DNA of 34,390 nt, taken from contig JBNVCE010000002.1 in NCBI GenBank assembly GCA_050410885.1, positions 1-34,390 on the forward strand. The letters are read 5' to 3'. The notes beneath the pieces are model-generated. The model saw only the letters and a list, made by a program, of their open reading frames with translations, had not been told where the DNA came from and searched no databases. Each line of letters opens with the position of its first letter. The first letter of the stretch is position 1. Both the position numbers and the translations under genes were made by a program. This DNA is from Thermoplasmatota archaeon. GTDB lineage: Archaea > Thermoplasmatota > E2 > DHVEG-1. Below, piece after piece: positions 22,357 to 29,078 of the stretch.

Positions 22357-22467
22357 TTAATATTTCTTCATACTTTTAAGTGCCCTGTAAATAAAATATG
22401 CAAGCCCCCCGTATATTACAATAACCCCGGTTATCAGCATTATTATTGCAGATATTGAAAGACCCAT
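22357..22467 (-). CDS. 36-aa single-TM ORF (MGLSISAIIMLITGVIVIYGGLAYFIYRALKSMKKY), candidate small subunit of the upstream NSS transporter
   Basis: Not in the track because it is too short. Its ATG starts 2 nt after the TAG stop of the transporter gene (GAATAGAATGGG), and it ends at TAA 22357-22359. It has one hydrophobic helix followed by a basic tail. Small TM partners of NSS transporters are known (MetS of MetPS). Confidence 0.45.
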   Translation of the reverse strand: MGLSISAIIMLITGVIVIYGGLAYFIYRALKSMKKY

Positions 22468-22468
22468 T

Positions 22469-23938
22469 CTATTCCACCTTTGTACTTTTTTTTATTTTCA
22501 TAAATACAAATGATAAAATGAATATAATCAATAATGGAGAAATTCCACCTAATACAATAACCCATGCAGGGTATCCAAATGGCGGATTTATTATGTTATT
22601 AATTATTGCAAAAATAAGTAATAAAATAAGTATTAATGGTGCTACATATTTTATTAATATATCCCACCATTTTCCAATTTTAACATCTGAAGTTTCATTT
22701 GCATGTTCACGTAATTTTGATATTTTAAACAACCAACCAAGAACTAAACACTCAACCAAACCAATTAAAACAAGGCCAAAGTTTGCCACAAAATGATCAA
22801 CTATGGTTAACCAATACAAACCACTTTCTGTTGCAAAAATTAAACTAGCAAAAAAACCTATACAACAAATTACAGTAGTTGCTTTTAATTTTGATATTTT
22901 CCATTTTCCTTCTGCACTTGCTATCATAGGCTCTGTCATAGAAAAAGCTGAATCAATCCCAAATGTAAGAAGTGCTGTGTAAAATAAAATGCCAAAAACT
23001 ACAGATGCTACAGGAAATAAGTATATAGCAGTTGGATAAGTTACAAAAGCCAATGGAGGACCAGATATACCAAGACTGTCAATACTTATACCTTGTTGAA
23101 GTGCAAGATATCCAACTACACTAAATACTGCAAAACCTGCAAGAAATGATGTACCTGTGTCTGCAAATGCAATGATAAAAGCATTATTCGAAATATCAGA
23201 TTTCTTTTTTAAATAACTTGCATATGTTATCATTATTCCTTGTGCTAAACTAAGTGAGAAAAAAACTTGTGCATAAGCAGCAAGCCATACATTAACATCT
23301 GTAAGTTTTGAAAAATTTGGTGTTAAATAATAACTTACTCCTTCTATTGCTCCTGGTAAAGTTAAACCCCTAATTGTTAAAAGCCCTAGTAAAATCCAAG
23401 GTAAAGGTACTGTGATTAAAACCACTTTACCTATTCTTCCAACTCCTTTATATAAAATCAAAAATATACAAATCCAAATTGCTAATAAACCAAATAAAAC
23501 AGGAAGTCTTATACCTCCAATTATTTCAGGGCTACCAGATACGCCAAGAAAATTATTTAAAAAGAAATTACCAGCATTATCTCCCCATCTAAGATCAAAT
23601 GAATAAATCATGTATGAGAAACACCAGGCCATTACAACAACATAATAAGTTGCAACTAAAAATGGAATTAATGTTGTCCACCATCCAACCCATTCCAATT
23701 TTTCACCTATTTTTTTAAAAGTTTTAGGTGGTGGTTCATGCGCCCAATGACCAACTGAAAATTCAAGAATTAATAAAGGTATTCCTGCTGTAAAAATTGC
23801 AATAAAATATGGTATTAAAAAAGCTCCTCCTCCATTTGCATAACAAATATATGGAAACCTCCAAACATTTCCAAGCCCAACCCCTGATCCAATTGCAGCC
23901 ATTATGAAAGCAAACCTTGTCCTCCAATATTCAGCCAA
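22469..23938 (-). CDS. Sodium-dependent transporter of the NSS/SNF family
   Basis: 489 aa. (M)AEYWRTRFAFIMAAIGSGVGLGNVWRFPY aligns with the LeuT-type TM1 motif only if the TTG at 23938 is the start. An AGAGGT RBS lies 8-13 nt upstream. Twelve hydrophobic segments. Confidence 0.9.
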   Translation of the reverse strand: MAEYWRTRFAFIMAAIGSGVGLGNVWRFPYICYANGGGAFLIPYFIAIFTAGIPLLILEFSVGHWAHEPPPKTFKKIGEKLEWVGWWTTLIPFLVATYYVVVMAWCFSYMIYSFDLRWGDNAGNFFLNNFLGVSGSPEIIGGIRLPVLFGLLAIWICIFLILYKGVGRIGKVVLITVPLPWILLGLLTIRGLTLPGAIEGVSYYLTPNFSKLTDVNVWLAAYAQVFFSLSLAQGIMITYASYLKKKSDISNNAFIIAFADTGTSFLAGFAVFSVVGYLALQQGISIDSLGISGPPLAFVTYPTAIYLFPVASVVFGILFYTALLTFGIDSAFSMTEPMIASAEGKWKISKLKATTVICCIGFFASLIFATESGLYWLTIVDHFVANFGLVLIGLVECLVLGWLFKISKLREHANETSDVKIGKWWDILIKYVAPLILILLLIFAIINNIINPPFGYPAWVIVLGGISPLLIIFILSFVFMKIKKSTKVE

Positions 23939-23942
23939 ATTA

Positions 23943-26531
23943 TTAACCTCTAATCATTCTTTTAATAAATGAATATATAAATATTGCTATTATAAAAATA
24001 ACTATTAAAAATATGTAACAATTGTTATCAGTTCTTTCATCTAACTGCTTTTCTTTTTCGTATGTTTGAGTATCAAGTGCATAGATACACCCATTTGCTC
24101 CAAAATAAACAATGCTATTATTAACAAAAGGGTTTGAAAGTATAGGTGTTGTTATATAATTATACGCATTATCATTTGTAATACAATATTTTGGTGCAAA
24201 ACTCCAAGCTAAGACTCCATTTGTTTTGTTTAAAGCATAAAACCTTCCATCATCACAACCAAAGAAAACATATTCTCCATAAACAATAGGATTTGAATGA
24301 ATAGCGGCATTGCATGTAAAATACCAAATAATATTGCCGTTGTTTTTATTTAATGCATAAAAATTATTATCAAGGGAACCAATAAAAACAGATTCATTAG
24401 TAACAAAAGGGGTACATACAATACCCCAACCTGTTTTGAATTTCCATTTTGGTAAACCAGTACTCGCATTTAATGCATATAAATAGCCATCCCAAGAGCC
24501 AAAATATACTGTTTCTTGGTCAATTTTAGGAGCTGCTACTGTAGGAGCTTTTGTTTTACTTTCCCAATTTATTTCTTTTTTATCAACATTAAAACTGTAA
24601 CAGGACTGACCTGAGCATATGTACATTGTATCCTTTACAATTTCAGAAATATAAGTAACATCATCAAATTTATACAACTGTTTATTTTTTCCTGAGTATA
24701 AATCAAAAGCATTTATTTCACCATCTGAAAAACCAGATATAACAAAATTTTTATAAACAATGGGTTTAGAAACTACTTCACCAATTTTTTGCTCCCATTC
24801 CATATTTCCTGTTTTTTTGTTTATAGCATATAATCCTGTGTTTGTTCCTAAATATAACAAATTATCATTTATAACAAAATCCACTATTTTTTCATTTATA
24901 TTTTTACTCCAAACCTTTTTACCAGTTGGATTATTAATAGCATAAATTGAACCGGTTGAAATTGCAGTATAAACAATATCATCATCAACAATATTTGATG
25001 AATAATCAATGGTTCCTATGTTTTCTGTTTCATAATTCAATAAAACCTTTCCGCTGTTTTCAAAACCATTGTTTTTTCCATTTTTTTGTAAAAGAACTGG
25101 CTCAGAATCAAATGGTATTATTTCAACCCATCCAGTTGATGGTAGCACTGTTACTCCTTTGAATTTATTTATTTCATTGTCTTTAGGAATCCACTGGGTT
25201 TCGTTTGGGTTACCAAAATATGTTATTAGTCCAATATTTTTCATTAGTTTTGAATTGGTTATTTTAATATCAGTTATCCCATTTGATATTGGATTTGTAG
25301 TAAGAATTTTTTTAATAATTTCAACATCAATTTTACCATAATAATTTTTTATTAGTACATCAAATTTTTTAATAACAAAACTTGTATATTTATTGTTTCC
25401 AGGAAATAATTTTACTGCAAGTGCTTTGGGAATTAACCCCCATAATTCTTTTTCAATCTTATCATTATGTGGAACACTTGATGATGTAAAAACTCCGTTT
25501 TTTGTTCTTGTAATAACTGTATTATATAATGCTTGTTCTAATCTAGCAATTTCTTTTGTTTTTGTATCGGCAATTAACCATTCATTTGGAATCAATCCAT
25601 TGTTTCCCTTTTGTAATTTTTCAATTACCTCATCAATGCTACTGGAGTATTGAATAGCGGTTCTTGATCTAATTCCTTTAGGTGTTTTTCTTATATTAAA
25701 TGGTCCTTGTGGGACCAATTCAGTTTCTGTTAGAATTATCCCTTTTTCATTTTGGTAATAATCTTCTTGGCTCCATAATGAGCCTGGCGGGCAGGTCATT
25801 ATAAATCTATAACCATTTGAAGGTTTTATATCTAAAATGAAGTTACATCTTTGTGCAATGTATTTATAAAATATTGTTGCATGTGCAACAACGACACCAC
25901 AATCGGCAGTTGCATCACCTGTTGCAATTATAGCTCTACAATGACCAAAATCTTCATAATTTGTTTCTTTTATTGTGTTTATCAAATTACGTATGGGATG
26001 AAATCTTCTAAAATTCCATTTAAAAAAAGCATATAATACTTCTTGAACAAATTGTGATGCTACAATATCCTCATACGTTATGTTTCTGCCAAATAATTTT
26101 ATTCCTTGAGCATTCATCCCGTCTGTTATTCCTTTTATTTCTTGTTTATACTCCATTGGTATATGTTTTTCAAAAAATCTCATTGACTTTGTTCTACAAA
26201 TCTTCCACCAAAACTCTGATAACTTATCATAATTTTTTGGCAGATTTTTAATTAAAAATAGTTTTAAAATATTGATATCATGAGCCAGGTTACTCCATCT
26301 TTGTATCATATCTATTATCTCATTGGCTGCCAAGTAACCGTATTGATACCCTCTATCGTACGGCTCACCTTCTATATGTAAATAAACCCATCCTTGTATG
26401 TTGTACCTGTAGCCTTTTTCATAAATACCTGAAGTTATAAAATCTGTTTTTTTATTCATTTCAAATGATGAAACATTTGGAAATATTACTAATAAAAGAA
26501 TAATAATTAACATTGTTTGTTTATTACGCAT
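23943..26531 (-). CDS. Membrane-anchored extracellular protein: Ntn-hydrolase domain (peptidase C45 / phospholipase-B-like superfamily) fused to a PQQ-type beta-propeller
   Basis: - N-terminal signal MRNKQTMLIIILLLVIFPNVSS (ATG 26531 preferred over 26633).
- Hydrolase region: GEPYDRGYQYGYLAANEI, candidate nucleophile context FGHCRAIIATGDATADCGVVVAHAT, then CPPGSLWSQEDYY..GIILTETE and NEWLIADTK.
- C-terminal half: repeated ...G.LYA(L/I)N..TG...W blades.
- Terminal TM helix YIFLIVIFIIAIFIYSFI.
The family call is made from memory of motifs, not from a search. Confidence 0.6.
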   Translation of the reverse strand: MRNKQTMLIIILLLVIFPNVSSFEMNKKTDFITSGIYEKGYRYNIQGWVYLHIEGEPYDRGYQYGYLAANEIIDMIQRWSNLAHDINILKLFLIKNLPKNYDKLSEFWWKICRTKSMRFFEKHIPMEYKQEIKGITDGMNAQGIKLFGRNITYEDIVASQFVQEVLYAFFKWNFRRFHPIRNLINTIKETNYEDFGHCRAIIATGDATADCGVVVAHATIFYKYIAQRCNFILDIKPSNGYRFIMTCPPGSLWSQEDYYQNEKGIILTETELVPQGPFNIRKTPKGIRSRTAIQYSSSIDEVIEKLQKGNNGLIPNEWLIADTKTKEIARLEQALYNTVITRTKNGVFTSSSVPHNDKIEKELWGLIPKALAVKLFPGNNKYTSFVIKKFDVLIKNYYGKIDVEIIKKILTTNPISNGITDIKITNSKLMKNIGLITYFGNPNETQWIPKDNEINKFKGVTVLPSTGWVEIIPFDSEPVLLQKNGKNNGFENSGKVLLNYETENIGTIDYSSNIVDDDIVYTAISTGSIYAINNPTGKKVWSKNINEKIVDFVINDNLLYLGTNTGLYAINKKTGNMEWEQKIGEVVSKPIVYKNFVISGFSDGEINAFDLYSGKNKQLYKFDDVTYISEIVKDTMYICSGQSCYSFNVDKKEINWESKTKAPTVAAPKIDQETVYFGSWDGYLYALNASTGLPKWKFKTGWGIVCTPFVTNESVFIGSLDNNFYALNKNNGNIIWYFTCNAAIHSNPIVYGEYVFFGCDDGRFYALNKTNGVLAWSFAPKYCITNDNAYNYITTPILSNPFVNNSIVYFGANGCIYALDTQTYEKEKQLDERTDNNCYIFLIVIFIIAIFIYSFIKRMIRG

Positions 26532-26772
26532 AATTTTAATATAAATGTTACAATATAAAAAATTTATTATATAAAGTAAAATTTTGTCAAATATTGATAA
26601 AAACTTTCTTATTTTTAATAAATTAAATTTCATTAAATAGTCCTCATGTATTTTATATATAATAATTAATAAATATTAATATTTTGTAATTATAGTAACA
26701 AAAATTATTTGTATGTGTAATAGCATAATATCAACTGTTATTACACTTACAATGAATTAAAAAGGTGTTGTA

Positions 26773-27447
26773 ATGGTAACAATAAGCCATATTGTTCAGA
26801 ACATTTTAAACAAGCAAGTTTTTTACCAAGAGGCAATAAATCATAACATTGTATCGTACAATAAATTAGCAGAAAATATAAAACCTGAAATTGAAAAAGA
26901 ATTAGGAAAAAGAGTTAAACATAATGCAATTGTTATGGCCTTAAGAAGATACGCAGAAAGACTTGAAGTAAAAAAAGATAAGGTGTCACTTAATTACTTT
27001 GGGGAAATACTTCTAAAAACCGATATTTGTTATATTGTTGTAGAAGAATCAGAAACTTCTATTGGAACTATTCAAAGATTATATGATGAGATAGATTTCA
27101 AACATGGCGGAATTTTTAATATCATGCAAGGAAACTATGAAATTAGTATCATTACTAATCAAAAATATAAAGATAAATTTCTTGATTTGTTAAGTGAAGA
27201 AAATATATCAAAAATTGTTGATGATTTGGTTGTTATTTCACTAACATATTCAAAGGATTTTTCATCAACACCAGGAATTCTATATAATGTTTCAAGATTT
27301 TTAGTATGGGAAAACATCAATATTTACAATATATTAAACACTCCAAAAGAACTAGCATTTATTATAAGTAAAAAAGATGCAATGAGTTGCTATAATGCAC
27401 TGGAACGGATGGTAAAACCAGTTAAGGACGAACAAAATGATAGTTAA
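26773..27447 (+). CDS. Hypothetical protein with a C-terminal ACT-like domain
   Basis: 224 aa. The C-terminal pattern ISLTYSKDFSSTPGILYNVSRFLVWENINIYNILNTPKELAFIISKKDAMSCYNALERM fits the ACT fold signature (PGI...L...INI..I......FI....DA). The N-terminus is unassigned. Confidence 0.6.
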   Translation: MVTISHIVQNILNKQVFYQEAINHNIVSYNKLAENIKPEIEKELGKRVKHNAIVMALRRYAERLEVKKDKVSLNYFGEILLKTDICYIVVEESETSIGTIQRLYDEIDFKHGGIFNIMQGNYEISIITNQKYKDKFLDLLSEENISKIVDDLVVISLTYSKDFSSTPGILYNVSRFLVWENINIYNILNTPKELAFIISKKDAMSCYNALERMVKPVKDEQNDS

Positions 27448-27462
27448 TTAAACTTTAGAAAG

Positions 27463-27474
27463 TATATATATAAA
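27463..27474 (+). promoter_or_regulatory. TATA box for tRNA-Leu
   Basis: tatatatataaa is centred about 30 nt upstream of tRNA position 1, the usual archaeal spacing. Confidence 0.5.
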
Positions 27475-27497
27475 TTTTGATTATTACTTTTTTTGTT

Positions 27498-27582
27498 GCA
27501 GGGGTAGCCAAGCCTGGTCTACGGCGACAGACTCAAGATCTGTTCCTGAAGAGGTTCGGGGGTTCAAATCCCTTCCCCTGCA
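27498..27582 (+). tRNA. tRNA-Leu (anticodon CAA), class II with long variable arm
   Basis: Hand-folded:
- Acceptor stem GCAGGGG/CCCCTGC with discriminator A.
- D stem GCC/GGC.
- Anticodon stem ACAGA/TCTGT with loop CTCAAGA.
- 14-nt variable arm with CCT/AGG stem.
- T arm GGGGG-TTCAAAT-CCCTT (two G-U pairs).
No encoded CCA. Confidence 0.85.
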
Positions 27583-27586
27583 CTAA

Positions 27587-27592
27587 TTTTTT
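27587..27592 (+). terminator. Oligo-T terminator after tRNA-Leu
   Basis: A T6 run lies 5 nt after the discriminator base. Archaeal RNA polymerase terminates at oligo-T. Confidence 0.45.
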
Positions 27593-27623
27593 ACAGAACA
27601 TATAAATAAAAGTTTAAAATTAT

Positions 27624-27720
27624 GGACGCATAGGCGATGAAGTCCACCTTGGTTTAAAAACCAAAACCTCAGTCAACTGCTGACGACTTCTTTATTAAAT
27701 TGGTGTTACAATGATACCAA
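27624..27720 (+). ncRNA. Candidate structured RNA, unclassified (strand uncertain)
   Basis: A local GC-rich island in AT-rich spacer. A 6-bp closing stem GAAGTC (27639-27644) / GACTTC (27685-27690) encloses two hairpins, TTGGT..ACCAA and GTCA-actgc-TGAC. A 7-bp hairpin TTGGTGT-tacaatg-ATACCAA follows at 27700-27720. No ORF is present. Confidence 0.25.
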
Positions 27721-27914
27721 AGCGGTTGATTGATATATATATAATTATAAATTATAAAATTAAAATTTTTAATTTTTTCAAAGAAGTTTTTATTTTAATA
27801 TTAGAAAAACATGAGAATCAACAAATATGTGAAAAGTAAAATCATCAAGTGAAAGAGTATGATAAATGAAAAAAAGAAAAATGAACTTATTAAATTTATA
27901 TATTTACACCAAAT

Positions 27915-28016
27915 CTTAGCGAGAAATCCATGACTTTTAAGTGGGGATGAATCGCCCGGAATTATAACGTTAAAACGTCGATAGTCGTTTTCTCCCTTTA
28001 TTAAGGAGGGAGGGAG
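27915..28016 (+). ncRNA. Candidate structured RNA, unclassified (strand uncertain)
   Basis: A second GC-rich island. It contains ATCC/GGAT and GCGA/TCGC pairings, an AAACG-tcgatagt-CGTTT hairpin, and CTCCCT able to pair with either copy of a tandem AGGGAG-AGGGAG. Shares the GATGAA motif with the first island. No ORF longer than 24 codons. Confidence 0.25.
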
Positions 28017-28312
28017 TTACTAGTTATTGTGCCAAAAAATTGATTTAAAATCTATTTCTCATTTGCTAAAATTAAAACTTAGATATCCTTAAAGAATTAA
28101 TTTTATTTAGCAACTTTAATACAATTTAATTCTTAATACCAATAGTATCACATCTTACAAAAACAATATTTTATCAAAAATTCTTTTTACTAAAAATCTG
28201 GTTTGTTTTTTGGATTTGATGCTTTTTTATTAAACATTGTTGCTTTTGTTTTTTTCATATTCTAATTTATTTAATAATGAAAATTAAGTTTTTAGATTTT
28301 CTTATTAATAAA

Positions 28313-28330
28313 ATTTAGGTTAACCGAAAT
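28313..28330. promoter_or_regulatory. DtxR/IdeR-type operator candidate upstream of the dtxR-feoB operon
   Basis: The 18-bp palindrome ATTTAGGTTAACCGAAAT has 16 of 18 symmetric positions and a perfect GGTTAACC core. Its left half, TTAGGTTA, equals the left half of the classical DtxR consensus TTAGGTTAGCCTAACCTAA. It abuts TATA-like tracts at 28330-28360, 44 nt upstream of the ATG. Confidence 0.55.
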
Positions 28331-28373
28331 ATTTATATTTTTAGAATATTTATATAAATTATTGTGAAATGAT

Positions 28374-29078
28374 ATGCCAAGAGAACAAGTTGAAGAATAC
28401 CTTGAAGCTATATACGATATTGCTGGAAAAGACAAAAAAGCAAAAACAAAAGAAATTGCACAAAAATTAAATAATGCACCTGCAAGTGTAACAGAAGTTT
28501 TACAACGTATGGATCGCGATGGTCTTGTTAAATACGAACCATACCAAGGTGCCTCTCTTACAAAAAAAGGGGAAAACATTGTTACTAGAATAAAACGAAA
28601 ACATAGACTTTTAGAGGTTTTTTTAGATAAAATTTTACATTTACCATTGGAGCATGTTCATGATCAAGCCTGTAAAATGGAACATGTAATAAATGATGAA
28701 ACAGAAAAAGCATTATGCAAAACACTAGGAGCACCAGCAGAATGCCCACATGGTTCACCAATACCACCATGCAATATTGATGTTAAAAATTGTAACGAAT
28801 GTTATTCTGAAAATAGTTCTGTTAAAGAGAGCCGTAAACAAAAACTTACATCAATAACATCATTAAAACCAGGTCAAAAAGCAAAGGTTGTATTTATAAG
28901 AGGTGGAAGGAATGTTGTTCAACGACTTTGCGACCTTGGTTTGACTTATGGAACAAGTGTCTCAATTGTTCGTGAAGCTCCATTAAAAGGACCTTTAGAA
29001 ATTTGTGTCAGAGATTGTAAAATTGTAATAGGTCGAGGTATTGCTGAGAAGATTTTTGTCCAAATTGAGGAAAATTAA
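28374..29078 (+). CDS. DtxR/MntR-family metal-dependent repressor with C-terminal FeoA/SH3-like domain
   Basis: 234 aa. Contains EEYLEAIYDI, HTH EIAQKLNNAPASVTEVLQRMDRDGLV, dimerisation/metal-site region KHRLLEVFL...HDQACKMEHV...CPHGSPIP, and a C-terminal LKPGQKAKVVFIRGG...LGLTYGTSVSIVREAPLKGPLEI. Confidence 0.9.
   Translation: MPREQVEEYLEAIYDIAGKDKKAKTKEIAQKLNNAPASVTEVLQRMDRDGLVKYEPYQGASLTKKGENIVTRIKRKHRLLEVFLDKILHLPLEHVHDQACKMEHVINDETEKALCKTLGAPAECPHGSPIPPCNIDVKNCNECYSENSSVKESRKQKLTSITSLKPGQKAKVVFIRGGRNVVQRLCDLGLTYGTSVSIVREAPLKGPLEICVRDCKIVIGRGIAEKIFVQIEEN

Noticed and set aside
22446-22796. 116-aa plus-strand ORF
   Set aside because: It is entirely antisense to the 3' end of the well-supported NSS transporter gene, its translation is low-complexity, and it has no RBS.
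27634-27683. C/D box sRNA (GCGATGA as C box, CTGA as D box, 38-nt spacing)
   Set aside because: The C box has a C in place of the invariant U. No credible internal D'/C' boxes are present (ttaa / aaaacct). The terminal stem next to the boxes is essentially absent. The finding is kept only as an unclassified RNA candidate.
27624-28016. RNase P RNA (GATGAAGTCCACC resembles the CR-I GAGGAAAGUCC motif; GAATCGCCCGGAATTA vaguely resembles CR-V)
   Set aside because: The required P4 complement (GGUGGCUU-like) is absent. The two islands are also separated by about 190 nt of nearly pure A/T, which does not fit any known RNase P architecture.
27498-28312. Integrated mobile element or prophage remnant at tRNA-Leu
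   Set aside because: There is no integrase or transposase ORF and no direct repeat of the tRNA 3' half (GGTTCAAATCCCTTCCCCTGC) anywhere downstream. The flanking genes are ordinary chromosomal genes.
28292-28579. 95-aa minus-strand ORF overlapping the DtxR repressor start
   Set aside because: It is antisense to a strongly supported CDS and to the operator/TATA region, and has no recognisable motif.
28374-29078. DtxR-FeoA fusion as a novel architecture
   Set aside because: The C-terminal SH3-like domain of DtxR-family repressors is itself FeoA-related, so this is the normal three-domain layout.
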